DNA from: Flavobacteriales bacterium UBA5040
GTDB taxonomy: Bacteria; Bacteroidota; Bacteroidia; Flavobacteriales; Weeksellaceae
Direction: 5' to 3'
Assembly: GCA_002415135.1 (NCBI GenBank)
Contig: DIBY01000016.1
Location: forward strand, 11,319-75,318
DNA length: 64,000 nucleotides
Each line of letters opens with the position of its first letter. Position 1 is the stretch's first letter. The notes under the pieces were generated by a model, which ran no database searches, was not told the DNA's origin, and saw only the letters and a list, made by a program, of their open reading frames with translations. The position numbers and the translations under genes are program-made. This document shows positions 21,135 through 31,233 of the stretch, piece after piece.

Positions 21135-22448
21135 TTATTGAAAGTTTTTATAATTATTAATAATGATATTCTCAGATTGAAGATCGTGCATCAAATTGTA
21201 CAAACCAAAAAATGTTCGGTTCATATAAATAAAATGTCTAGATCCACGATTGGCATTTCTACCTTTCATCTGAGTGTTCTTAGCATATTTCTGTCCGAGA
21301 TCTGCAATCGCTTCGAAAAATTTACCGTCAGAGAAATCGAAGTTTTCTTCCTGAAATGGAGTCGTAAATAAATACAGCAATTCATAAAATATTTCCGTAA
21401 AAAATTGCTTCTCATCTTCAGAATCATCTAATCTGATGATCTCTAATTCCAACAATTTGGCATCCAGAAATTCTTTGTTATCTAAGTTTTCACGAACCGA
21501 CAATTCAAAATATGGGATATAAAAATCTTCTGGAATGCTTTTCATGCAACCAAAATCAATGGCAATTAAAGTTCCCTCTTCAGAAACTAAAAAATTCCCC
21601 GGATGCGGATCAGCGTGCACTTTGCGCAACTTATGAATTTGGAACATGTAAAAATCCCATAAAGCCTGACCAACCTGATTCGCTAAATACGGGTTTTTAT
21701 TTTCCGCACAGAAAGTAGATAAATGTTTGCCATGCATCCAGTCCATCGTAATAATTCTGTCATTCGAAAATTCTGGATAGTAGTTTGGGAAAGCGAGATT
21801 AGGCAAGTTTTCACAACTTTGTCTGATTTCTAAACTTTGGGTAATCTCTAAATTATAATCGGTTTCCTCCAATAATTTATCTTCAACTTCTTTGAAATAT
21901 TGATCAGAGTTTTTCCCTTTAATATTAAACATCTTCATCGCAATAGGTTTCACCATCGCTAAATCAGACGAAATAGAATCTGAAACTCCAGGATACTGAA
22001 TCTTTACCGCCAGTTCTTTGCCATCTTTCATGGCTTTATGAACTTGTCCAATACTCGCAGCGTTGGTAGAATCAGGTTCGAAATGATCAAATAATTCGCT
22101 GGGTCTTTTGCCAAAATAATTTTTGAAAATCTTGGTTACCAAAGGCGCAGACAAAGGCGGAACCTGGAACTGAGATAAAGAAAATTTCTCTACATAAGCA
22201 GCTGGCAAAATATTCTTCTCCATGCTCAACATTTGAGCAACTTTTAGAGCGCTTCCTTTTAATTCTTTTAATCCGTCATAAATATCTGTTGCATTATTAT
22301 TATTCAGGTTTACCTTGGCTTCCTCTTCGCTTTTCGTGATTTTTTCGCCGTAATATTTTAAGTAATTCACGCCAACTTTCGCTCCGGTAGAAATTAATTT
22401 ACTGGCTCGTTGAATTTTACTCGTAGGTATTTTATCTAATGTTTTCAT
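21135..22448 (-). CDS. AarF/ABC1/UbiB atypical kinase
   Basis: AASIGQVH, AVKIQYPG, HADPHPGNF, IDFGC. Confidence 0.92.
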   Translation of the reverse strand: MKTLDKIPTSKIQRASKLISTGAKVGVNYLKYYGEKITKSEEEAKVNLNNNNATDIYDGLKELKGSALKVAQMLSMEKNILPAAYVEKFSLSQFQVPPLSAPLVTKIFKNYFGKRPSELFDHFEPDSTNAASIGQVHKAMKDGKELAVKIQYPGVSDSISSDLAMVKPIAMKMFNIKGKNSDQYFKEVEDKLLEETDYNLEITQSLEIRQSCENLPNLAFPNYYPEFSNDRIITMDWMHGKHLSTFCAENKNPYLANQVGQALWDFYMFQIHKLRKVHADPHPGNFLVSEEGTLIAIDFGCMKSIPEDFYIPYFELSVRENLDNKEFLDAKLLELEIIRLDDSEDEKQFFTEIFYELLYLFTTPFQEENFDFSDGKFFEAIADLGQKYAKNTQMKGRNANRGSRHFIYMNRTFFGLYNLMHDLQSENIIINNYKNFQ

Positions 22449-23113
22449 TATTTGCTTTTTGCTTCTTTAAAAAGAAATTTTCCTAAATCGATTAACTTCT
22501 TCAACGGTTTGACCTCAAATAGTTCAAAACTCGTATCAACGGATTTCTCAATAAATATATCGGTTTTTTCAAAGTTGGGACTGGTATCTTCAATCCAGAA
22601 TTTTAAGGTTGCCATAAAATGACCCCAATATAATTCTTCAATGCCTTTATTTTTGAAGCGTTCCATTTTCTCCATTCGGTCATTAACATTGTCCATTAGT
22701 GGCTCAGAAATATTTAGTGACCTAATAAAACGCTGAAACTCTCTTTTCAAAGACCACAATTTTTTTAAGTTTTCCAAATTGTTTTTGTCTTGCCCAATCA
22801 GGTAGATCACCAAACTTCTATTTAAAGTAAGTTGCTCGAAAAAAGTATAATAAAAAGAAAGCAATTTGTTTTTAGCATGGTCCATATAATAGGAATCTTC
22901 TGCCGTGATCAACATGATACTTTGATCCATGAAAAATCTAAGGTAATCTGCTTCTAATTGTTCAAAATTGGCATAGAAAGAATAAAATTCTGATTCAGTT
23001 AAATCATGGTCGTCGCAGAAAGTAAATACATTGAGTGGCTTCTTATTATTTCTAAGAACATACTTTGAATAAAGATCTAATATTTTTTCCTGAGTTAATT
23101 CTGTATTTTTCAT
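22448..23113 (-). CDS. TetR-family regulator (Flavobacterial C-terminal-domain type)
   Basis: FYSFY HTH region, KLLSFYYTFFE, FWIEDTSPNFEKTD. Confidence 0.75.
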   Translation of the reverse strand: MKNTELTQEKILDLYSKYVLRNNKKPLNVFTFCDDHDLTESEFYSFYANFEQLEADYLRFFMDQSIMLITAEDSYYMDHAKNKLLSFYYTFFEQLTLNRSLVIYLIGQDKNNLENLKKLWSLKREFQRFIRSLNISEPLMDNVNDRMEKMERFKNKGIEELYWGHFMATLKFWIEDTSPNFEKTDIFIEKSVDTSFELFEVKPLKKLIDLGKFLFKEAKSK

Positions 23114-23199
23114 ATCTTGGTTTAAATTAAAGTACAAATTTAGTAAAAATATTTTCTATTTTCAAAATAAAAGTGTATTTTTGTTCCATTATTTAAAAC

Positions 23200-24669
23200 A
23201 TGAAAAAAGTAGTCATTATAGGATCCGGATTTTCAGCACTCGCTTCTGCCTGTTATATGTCTAAGGCAGGCTATTCTGTTCAGGTTTTAGAAAAAAACGA
23301 ACAGTTGGGAGGCCGTGCTTCCCTATTAGAAATTGATGGGTTTAAGTTCGATATGGGTCCAAGTTGGTATTGGATGCCAGATATTTTCGAGCGGTTTTTC
23401 GCAGATTTTGGTAAAAAAGTTTCAGAATATTATCAGTTACAGAAGTTATCGCCAGGTTACAGAGTGGTTTTTGGTAAAGATGATTACATTGATATCTCTG
23501 ACGAACCTGAAAAAATCATAGCGAAATTCGAAGAAGTTGAACCAGGAAGTGGTAAACATCTTCGAAAATTCATGGAAGATTCCCGAAAGAATTATGATAT
23601 CGCGATGAAAGATTTGGTTTATAATCCGGGAAAATCTTTACTAGAATTAGTCAGTTTAGAAACGGCTACGCGATTAAATTTATTTGTTCAAAATATATCT
23701 CAGACCGTTCGCAAGAATATTAAAAATCCAAAGCTTCAAAGTATTTTAGAGTTTCCTGTTTTATTTTTAGGTGCAAAACCTCAGAATACGCCAGCGTTCT
23801 ATAATTTTATGAATCACGCGGATTTTGGATTAGGAACCTGGTATCCGAAAGGAGGATTTAATGCTGTTGCTTTGGGTATAGTGAGACTTGCTAAAGAATT
23901 AGGGGTTGAGTTTCATGTCAATCAAAATGTTCTTGAAATTGAAACTGAAAATAACAAAGCAAAAAGAGTTAAAACAAGCACTGATTCTTTCGAAGCTGAT
24001 TTGGTGATCTCTGGAGCAGATTACGCTCATACCGAGAAATTATTAAAAAAGGAGGAGAAAAATTATAGCGACGACTATTGGCAGAAGAAAGTTTTCGCGC
24101 CTTCGTCGTTCTTATATTATGTAGCCTTTGATAAAAAAGTTCCGGAACTTCAGCATCACAATTTATTTTTTGATACCGATTTCGGACAGCACGCAGTTGA
24201 TATTTACGATGAACCTAAATTGCCAAAGAAACCTTTGTTCTACGCTAATTTTTCTTCTAAAACAGATTTAGATCTGTGTCCAGAAGGCCAGGAAGTTGGA
24301 TTCTTCTTAATTCCGGTAGCCGTAGATCTAGAGGACAACCAGGATATCCACGATCGATATTTCGAATTAATAATGGATCGGGTACAAAAAAACATTGGCG
24401 TAGATTTACGCAGTTCAGTTCTCTTCAAAAAAAGTTTTGGCGTACAGGACTTCAAAGAGCGGTACAACTCTTGCCGTGGTAATGCTTATGGCCTTGCCAA
24501 CACTTTATTACAGACTTCTATCTTACGACCGAGCATCAGTAATAAAAAAATAAAAAATCTTTTCTACACAGGTCAACTGACCGTTCCGGGACCCGGAGTT
24601 CCGCCAGCTTTAATCTCTGGAAAAGTAGTGACAGATTACATTATTCAACATCAAAACAAAATATTCTAA
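23200..24669 (+). CDS. crtI: Phytoene desaturase
   Basis: IGSGFSAL, FDMGPSW, GQLTVPGPGVPP. Confidence 0.92.
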   Translation: MKKVVIIGSGFSALASACYMSKAGYSVQVLEKNEQLGGRASLLEIDGFKFDMGPSWYWMPDIFERFFADFGKKVSEYYQLQKLSPGYRVVFGKDDYIDISDEPEKIIAKFEEVEPGSGKHLRKFMEDSRKNYDIAMKDLVYNPGKSLLELVSLETATRLNLFVQNISQTVRKNIKNPKLQSILEFPVLFLGAKPQNTPAFYNFMNHADFGLGTWYPKGGFNAVALGIVRLAKELGVEFHVNQNVLEIETENNKAKRVKTSTDSFEADLVISGADYAHTEKLLKKEEKNYSDDYWQKKVFAPSSFLYYVAFDKKVPELQHHNLFFDTDFGQHAVDIYDEPKLPKKPLFYANFSSKTDLDLCPEGQEVGFFLIPVAVDLEDNQDIHDRYFELIMDRVQKNIGVDLRSSVLFKKSFGVQDFKERYNSCRGNAYGLANTLLQTSILRPSISNKKIKNLFYTGQLTVPGPGVPPALISGKVVTDYIIQHQNKIF

Positions 24670-24671
24670 CC

Positions 24672-25517
24672 ATGAATAATTTAGAAATTTTTAACGCATT
24701 TTGTGGACAATCTTCCAAGATGGTTACCGAAAAATACAGCACCTCGTTCTACAAGGCGTCTTCCCTATTTCAGCCAGAAATTCGTCAGCACATTTATAAT
24801 ATTTATGGTTTTGTACGCTTGGCGGATGAAATTGTAGATACTTTCCACGATTACGACAAAGTAAAATTAATGGCGGAATTTGAAAGAAACTACCATTCTG
24901 CAAAAGAAAACGGTATTTCATTAAATCCAATTCTACACTCGTTTTGTTTGACTCAAAGAGAAAAAAATATTCCTCAGGATTTGGTGGATGCTTTTTTACA
25001 TTCCATGAAAATGGACCTTGGTGAAATCAAAGATCTGAATGACGAAAAATACAACGAGTACATTTATGGTTCAGCCGAAGTTGTTGGATTGATGTGTCTT
25101 AAAGTCTTTGTTGATGGTAATGTTCCAGAATACGAAAGATTGAAACCTTATGCTCAAAGTTTGGGTGCAGCTTTCCAGAAAATTAACTTTTTAAGAGATA
25201 TCAGCGCTGATTTTATTGATCTTAACCGAACTTATTTTCCAGGGGTTGATTTCAATAACTTTTCGGCACAGGATAAAATGGAAATTGAGAAAGACATTGC
25301 CAGAGATTTTGCCCACGCAAAAACCGGAATTAAAATGTTACCAATTTCTTGTAAATTAGCAGTTTTTATGGCTTATAAATATTACTTCAATTTATTTAAA
25401 AAGATCAGAAAAACAAAACCAGAATTACTTTTGACAAAAAGAATCCGCGTTTCTAACGCTAGAAAAATGTATCTTTTTGGAGAAATGATTCTCAATAAAA
25501 ATTTGAATTTACTTTAA
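24672..25517 (+). CDS. crtB: Phytoene synthase
   Basis: YSTSF, RLADEIVD, YIYGSAEVVGLM, NFLRD. Confidence 0.93.
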   Translation: MNNLEIFNAFCGQSSKMVTEKYSTSFYKASSLFQPEIRQHIYNIYGFVRLADEIVDTFHDYDKVKLMAEFERNYHSAKENGISLNPILHSFCLTQREKNIPQDLVDAFLHSMKMDLGEIKDLNDEKYNEYIYGSAEVVGLMCLKVFVDGNVPEYERLKPYAQSLGAAFQKINFLRDISADFIDLNRTYFPGVDFNNFSAQDKMEIEKDIARDFAHAKTGIKMLPISCKLAVFMAYKYYFNLFKKIRKTKPELLLTKRIRVSNARKMYLFGEMILNKNLNLL

Positions 25518-25975
25518 TGAAAAGACTTACCTTCCTACTATTACTACTAATTTCTAATCTGATGTTTTCTCAAAATTTAAAAGAATATCGAGCCTTGCTA
25601 CAAACAGGTGAAAAGTCAGAAAAGTCAGCTAAAACTTTGATTGACAAATCAACTACGGCTTACAAGAACTCGAAAGAACCAGTTTACCTGGGATTTTTAG
25701 CAGTAGGGAAATTCTTTATGGCAAAACATGCATTTAATCCTCTAAAGAAAATGTCATATTTTAATGAAGGAAAAAAATTAATGGAAAACTCTTTGAAAGC
25801 AGAGCCAGACAATTTGGAAGTTAGATTGATGCGCCTTATCACGCAGGAAAGTGTGCCGAAAATTCTAGGATATTCTCAAAATATTTCAGAGGACAGAACT
25901 TACTTGACGCGGTCCTACAAAAACACAACCGATGAAGATTTAAAAATTTACATCAAAGATTATTTAAAATTATAA
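25517..25975 (+). CDS. Secreted hypothetical protein of the carotenoid cluster
   Basis: Signal peptide; coupled to crtB. Confidence 0.7.
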   Translation: MKRLTFLLLLLISNLMFSQNLKEYRALLQTGEKSEKSAKTLIDKSTTAYKNSKEPVYLGFLAVGKFFMAKHAFNPLKKMSYFNEGKKLMENSLKAEPDNLEVRLMRLITQESVPKILGYSQNISEDRTYLTRSYKNTTDEDLKIYIKDYLKL

Positions 25976-25976
25976 A

Positions 25977-26450
25977 ATGGAAATTATAGGATATTTATTA
26001 TTAACAGCAATTGTCGTAGTTCTGATGGAAGCGGCAACTTGGCTTACTCATAAATTTATAATGCATGGTTTCGGATGGTATTTGCATGAAGATCATCATC
26101 AGCCAGGTTACCCGCATGTTTTTGAAAAGAACGATGCTTTTTTCATTGTTGGTGCAATCCCCAGCATTCTGCTCTTTTGGTTTGGAACAAGAGGTGGAAT
26201 CAACTATTTGTTCTTTATCGGATTAGGAATTTTAATTTATGGAACTCTTTATTTTTTAGTTCATGATGTGTTAATTCACCGCCGTTTCAAATGGTTTGAT
26301 AAAACCAATAACTGGTATTTGAAAGGGTTAAGAAAAGCGCATAAAATGCACCACAAGCATTTGGGAAAAGAAGAAGGCGAATGTTTTGGAATGTTGTACG
26401 TTCCGATGAAATATTTCAAAGAGGCACGCATGTCAACTGTTAGAAAATAA
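25977..26450 (+). CDS. crtZ: Beta-carotene hydroxylase (sterol desaturase family)
   Basis: HKFIMHG, HEDHH, FEKND, HDVLIHRR, HKMHH His boxes. Confidence 0.9.
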   Translation: MEIIGYLLLTAIVVVLMEAATWLTHKFIMHGFGWYLHEDHHQPGYPHVFEKNDAFFIVGAIPSILLFWFGTRGGINYLFFIGLGILIYGTLYFLVHDVLIHRRFKWFDKTNNWYLKGLRKAHKMHHKHLGKEEGECFGMLYVPMKYFKEARMSTVRK

Positions 26451-26597
26451 GGTCTTTTATCTGACAACATTTTTCTCAAAACTTTAAATAAAAAAATTGA
26501 ATCGTCCGGAAGCATTTCGTATTATGGAATTGCTACACTGGATGATGAATTACGATTAAATGGTTATTGATAAAATAACGAAATCTCTCCACGATCA

Positions 26598-27083
26598 ATG
26601 AAAATTAACATCACTAAACAATCTGGAATTTATACTTTAACTTCCGAACAGATTTTGCCTCTTTCATTAGAAAAAGCGTGGGAGTTTTTTACGTTGCCTA
26701 CCAACTTAGATAAAATTACGCCAGGTGAAATGGAGTTTCGTATTACCAATAATCCACCCAACAAAACGTATAAAGGACAAATCATTACTTACAAAATCGG
26801 CATTCTACCCGGAATCAGTTCCAATTGGGTTACCGAAATTACGCATTTAGAAGATCGACAGTTCTTCGTAGATGAACAAAGATTTGGACCATACGCAATG
26901 TGCCATCACGAACACCATTTTAAAGAAATTTCAGCAAATGAAGTTTTGATGACGGATATCGTGAACTATAAAATGCCATTTGGCATTTTAGGAGATTTAT
27001 TTGGTGGTAAATTAGTAACCAATAAGGTTAAATTTATTTTTGAAAGCCGTTATACCATTTTAGAAAAATTCCTTACTTCATGA
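26598..27083 (+). CDS. SRPBCC family protein
   Basis: NLDKITP, WVTEIT, FVDEQRFGPY, HHEHHF. Confidence 0.85.
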   Translation: MKINITKQSGIYTLTSEQILPLSLEKAWEFFTLPTNLDKITPGEMEFRITNNPPNKTYKGQIITYKIGILPGISSNWVTEITHLEDRQFFVDEQRFGPYAMCHHEHHFKEISANEVLMTDIVNYKMPFGILGDLFGGKLVTNKVKFIFESRYTILEKFLTS

Positions 27084-28507
27084 AAATATTACTTACAGGC
27101 GTTACAGGTTACATTGGCAAAAGACTTCTCATTCAATTATTAGAAGAAGGTCATCATATCGTATGTTCTGTAAGAGATAAAAATAGATTTGGTCTTAATT
27201 TATTTAAAGAAAAACTCAACCAGATCGAAGTTATTGAGAATGATTTTTTAGATGAATCTACTTTAAATAATATTCCAAAAGATATTGATACTGCTTATTA
27301 TCTTATTCACTCCATGTCTTCAAGTGACGGAGATTTTAAGGAAAAAGAAAAAACTTCAGCCGATAATTTCCGCGTAGCTTTAGAAAACACCGATGTTAAG
27401 CAGGTCATTTTTTTAACTGGAATTATCAATGAAGAAAAGCTCTCCAAACATTTAGAATCAAGAAAAGCAGTTGAAGCAGCTTTAGCCAGTTCCATCTACG
27501 GCTTAACAAGTCTGCGAGCTGGAATTATTGTTGGGTCTGGAAGTGCTTCTTTTGAGATCATTCGCGATCTGGTAGAGAAATTACCGGTAATGATCACACC
27601 AAAATGGTTGAATACGAAATGTCAGCCGATTGCCATTAGAAATGTGATCCAGTTTTTGGTAGGTGTTTTAGGAAAGGAATTTACCTATAATCAAAATTAT
27701 GATATTGCCGGAACCACTGTGGTTACCTACAAGCAAATGTTGCTGCAATATGCGGAGATTAGAGGCTTGAAACGTTATATTTTCATCGTTCCGGTTATGA
27801 CGCCAAGATTGTCCTCCTACTGGCTGTATTTCGTTACTTCAACGAGTTATTTTTTAGCCGTAAACCTGGTAGACAGTATGAAAATTGATGTCGTTGCCAA
27901 CAAAAATAATTTAGCCGAAAAATTAGATATTCACCTTTTTTCTTATCAGGAAGCAATTCGTTTGGCTTTCGATAAAATCAAACAGAATGATGTATTGTCG
28001 AGTTGGTTTGATTCGTTTAGCAATCAGTTTCACAGCCGAAAAGTTTGGCAATATTTAGAAGTTCCTGAAGAAGGTTGCTTCAAAGATATTCGCGACGAAA
28101 AAGTGGACGATGAAGAAAAAGCATTTGACCGCGTTTTCAGCATTGGTGGAAAAACAGGTTGGTATTATGCCGATTTTTTGTGGAGAATTCGCGGATTTTT
28201 AGATAAACTTTTTGGTGGCGTTGGTCTGCGAAGAGGTCGAAGAAATATGAATAGTTTAGAAGCTGGTGATTCTGTTGACTTCTGGCGTGTTTTGTATGCC
28301 AATCGTGAAGAGAAAAGATTGTTGCTGTTTGCTGAAATGAAACTTCCGGGAGAAGCTTGGTTGGAGTTTAAAATAAAAGACGGGATCTTGCATCAAGAAG
28401 CAACTTTCCGTCCGCTTGGTTTATCGGGAAGATTGTACTGGTATTCTGTATTGCCTTTTCACGGCTTGATCTTTAATGGAATGCTAAAAAAATTAGCTGG
28501 CAAATAA
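27080..28507 (+). CDS. NAD(P)-binding SDR protein with DUF2867 C-terminus (YbjT-like)
   Basis: TGVTGYIG, GSGSASFE, DFWRV, AEMKLPGEAWLEF. Confidence 0.88.
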   Translation: MKILLTGVTGYIGKRLLIQLLEEGHHIVCSVRDKNRFGLNLFKEKLNQIEVIENDFLDESTLNNIPKDIDTAYYLIHSMSSSDGDFKEKEKTSADNFRVALENTDVKQVIFLTGIINEEKLSKHLESRKAVEAALASSIYGLTSLRAGIIVGSGSASFEIIRDLVEKLPVMITPKWLNTKCQPIAIRNVIQFLVGVLGKEFTYNQNYDIAGTTVVTYKQMLLQYAEIRGLKRYIFIVPVMTPRLSSYWLYFVTSTSYFLAVNLVDSMKIDVVANKNNLAEKLDIHLFSYQEAIRLAFDKIKQNDVLSSWFDSFSNQFHSRKVWQYLEVPEEGCFKDIRDEKVDDEEKAFDRVFSIGGKTGWYYADFLWRIRGFLDKLFGGVGLRRGRRNMNSLEAGDSVDFWRVLYANREEKRLLLFAEMKLPGEAWLEFKIKDGILHQEATFRPLGLSGRLYWYSVLPFHGLIFNGMLKKLAGK

Positions 28508-28656
28508 TCAAATTTAGAAAGATAAAAACTTGCTACTTTGTTGCATCAATTTGGTCCAATTAAATAAAGCTGAAAAACCAACTCCTCAAAACAACCAACA
28601 CAACAAAGGCAAGATAAGAGAATATTCTCTTTTCATCATGTGTTATAGAATCATTG

Positions 28657-28700
28657 CAAAGGTAACTGCACTACTCTATTTCTCACTTAACATATGTTAA
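28657..28700 (-). promoter_or_regulatory. Palindromic operator candidate plus -7 box downstream of Crp-like gene
   Basis: Perfect palindrome TTAACATATGTTAA (28687-28700); TACCTTTG on minus strand (28664-28657). Confidence 0.55.
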
Positions 28701-29301
28701 TTTCGCCTTTTTTAAATCGTTCTGCTTTGATTCTGGACAGATGAACTGCGGATATATTAAACCAAGAAGCGATATGTTTCATAGGAACAACATCTAAATA
28801 TTTGGCGAAAAAATTTTCTACATGTTCATAATTACTGTTGGCATTATTAAAATGAATGGTCGTTGTGATTTTGAATAAATTAAGAAAATGAGTTTCCATA
28901 ATTGCGATACCAACTAAAGCCCATTCGTGATACGTAGTGTAAAGATTAAGCAGAACTTCGCGATCAATAGAGAAAATAAGAGAATCTTCGTAGATATGAA
29001 TATTGCATTTACTTATGGCTTGCAGATTAAAACTTTCATAATCGGTTACAAAACTCATTTCTGGCTCCAGCCAAAGCGTTTTTTCTTCACCATCTTCGCC
29101 TACAAAATAACAGCGGGAAATTGATTTTTCGACAAAAAACACATTTCTGCAAAGCTCCCCAACTTTCACAATATCATCGCCCGCTTTACAGTCTGATAAT
29201 TGAAATTGATTTAAACCGATATTTAAAATTTCTAAATCGAAATCTGGTTTGTAGGATAATATCTTTTCTCTCAGCTTCTGCTTAAATCTGGTACTTGCCA
29301 T
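28687..29301 (-). CDS. Crp/Fnr family transcriptional regulator
   Basis: cNMP-like N-domain; C-terminal IASWFNISAVHLSRIK HTH. Confidence 0.8.
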   Translation of the reverse strand: MASTRFKQKLREKILSYKPDFDLEILNIGLNQFQLSDCKAGDDIVKVGELCRNVFFVEKSISRCYFVGEDGEEKTLWLEPEMSFVTDYESFNLQAISKCNIHIYEDSLIFSIDREVLLNLYTTYHEWALVGIAIMETHFLNLFKITTTIHFNNANSNYEHVENFFAKYLDVVPMKHIASWFNISAVHLSRIKAERFKKGEINIC

Positions 29302-29312
29302 TTTTTTTAATT

Positions 29313-30998
29313 TTATTCAACTCCAACTGAATCGTCTCCACGTCCGTCTGCAACTGCGGTAGCGTTTCCGTTTTCATCGATTACGATCATTTCTGTTCTG
29401 GCAATTTGCGCAGTTTTTTCGATGGTATATTTATTTTTTTCTAAATCTAAAATTGTCGTTTCAGGAAAGTTCTTTTCTACCAGAACACTTTCAGGCAGCC
29501 ATTGATGATGAAATTTCGGCAAATTAACAGCCATATTTGGACTCAATTTAAAATCGATAATATTAACAATCGATTGGTAAACCGCCGTCGGAATTGTAGT
29601 TCCTCCAGGAGTTCCCACGATAATGTACGGCTTATTATTTTTCATCACAATCGTCGGCGTCATCGAACTCAACATTCTTTTTCCGGGTTGAATAGCGTTG
29701 GCTTCACCACCAACTGCACCAAACATATTAGGAACTCCAGGTTTTACGGAGAAGTCATCCATCTCATTATTTAATAAAAATCCTGCTCCCGAAACGACCA
29801 CTTTACTTCCGTATAAACCGTTGATGGTTGTGGTAACCGACACCGCATTTCCTTCTTTATCGATAATTGAAATGTGCGTAGTCTCAGTAGATTCTTTGGG
29901 TTGCGAAATTATTTTTCCAACTTCTGAACTAGGAGTTGCACGATTCATAGTAAACGATTTCCAACGGCTTTTCAGATAGTCGTCAGAAATTAACATTTCC
30001 GTTTGATCTTTAATGAATTGAGGGTCGCCCATATATTCTGCTCGGTCAGCAAAAGAACGGCGTTCGGCTTCGACCATAATCTGCACGGCTGGAGTTGAGT
30101 TTTGCTGGTATTTTTCTAAATTTTCAAAACTGCTCATTTTCAACATTTGCGCTAACAGAATTCCACCACTTGAAGGCAAAGGCATCGAGACGATCTCGGT
30201 TCCTTTATAATTAAAAGAGATCGGTTTTCTTTCGACTACTTTGTAGTTTTTCAAATCATTTAAAGTGATGATTCCGTTTCCGCGTTTCATTTCATCCACA
30301 ATAAGTTGAGCGGTTTTCCCTTCATAAAAACCTTTTGCGCCATTTTTCTGAATTAACTTTAAAGTCGCCGCCAATTCTGTTTGAATTAAAAGATCACCCT
30401 GTTTCCACGGTGTTGATTTTTGAAAGACGGTTTTGTTTTTATTATGTTGATGAAAATAATCCATTTGATTGTTGAGTAAGTTGGCTTCTCTTTGAGTCAC
30501 CGCAAATCCTTGTTCTGCCAAATCAATCGCGGGCTGAATCAGTTGGTCCATCGGAAGTTTTGCATGCTTTAAGGTAGCAAAAAATCCAGCTACCGAACCC
30601 GGAATTCCCACTGCTAATCTTCCGTTTTGAGAAAGATCCGTATTGGCATTTCCTTTTTTATCGAGGTACATATCTCGGGATGATTTCTCTGGAGCCGTTT
30701 CCCGGAAATCAATGGTGAATTTTTCGCCATTATCTTTAACGCCGACCAGAAATCCGCCACCACCAATATTTCCTGCTTGTGGATAAACGACCGCTAAAGC
30801 ATATTGAGTAGCAATCACTGCATCATAAGCATTTCCGCCCATTTTCATGATCTTTGCGCCAGCTTCACTCGCTAATGGATGTGCAGAAACTACCAAACCT
30901 TTATTTTTGGTGTGAATCTCTTTTACAATATTAATATCCGTGAATTGCGCAAAGGCAAACTGGGAAACAACTAAGAAGGATAGAAACAGTTTTTTCAT
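29313..30998 (-). CDS. ggt: Gamma-glutamyltransferase
   Basis: GNIGGGGF, ETTHIS, NNEMDDF, RMLSSMTP, GTPGG. Confidence 0.95.
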   Translation of the reverse strand: MKKLFLSFLVVSQFAFAQFTDINIVKEIHTKNKGLVVSAHPLASEAGAKIMKMGGNAYDAVIATQYALAVVYPQAGNIGGGGFLVGVKDNGEKFTIDFRETAPEKSSRDMYLDKKGNANTDLSQNGRLAVGIPGSVAGFFATLKHAKLPMDQLIQPAIDLAEQGFAVTQREANLLNNQMDYFHQHNKNKTVFQKSTPWKQGDLLIQTELAATLKLIQKNGAKGFYEGKTAQLIVDEMKRGNGIITLNDLKNYKVVERKPISFNYKGTEIVSMPLPSSGGILLAQMLKMSSFENLEKYQQNSTPAVQIMVEAERRSFADRAEYMGDPQFIKDQTEMLISDDYLKSRWKSFTMNRATPSSEVGKIISQPKESTETTHISIIDKEGNAVSVTTTINGLYGSKVVVSGAGFLLNNEMDDFSVKPGVPNMFGAVGGEANAIQPGKRMLSSMTPTIVMKNNKPYIIVGTPGGTTIPTAVYQSIVNIIDFKLSPNMAVNLPKFHHQWLPESVLVEKNFPETTILDLEKNKYTIEKTAQIARTEMIVIDENGNATAVADGRGDDSVGVE

Positions 30999-31069
30999 GT
31001 GGAAAATAATTTTATCAAAAATAAGGAATTCTAATATAAAAACGGAGATTTATAATGAAGTCCTGAGTC

Positions 31070-31156
31070 GCGACCCGACTTGAATGAAGCTCATTTTTTT
31101 TAGCGCTGGAACTAGAAAGGCAAAAAATAGCGGGAATGGAAGGCGGAAAAAGTCGC
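31070..31156 (+). repeat. Dispersed structured repeat, Flavo-1-like variant
   Basis: GCGAC-CCGACTTGAATGAAGCTC-T run...A run-AGCGGGAATGGAAGGCGG-GTCGC; loop resembles that of the copy at 49037. Confidence 0.5.
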
Positions 31157-31233
31157 CCAAAAAATTATTTTGTGAATAGTATTTCTTTTCAGACTCGATT
31201 TTATTAAATTTGCGTCAAATCTAAAATCTAAAA

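Noticed and set aside
26500..26570. Specific assignment of the crtZ-SRPBCC gap as a lycopene cyclase C-terminal remnant
   Set aside because: Only a vague resemblance requiring several frameshifts; cannot be supported without an alignment
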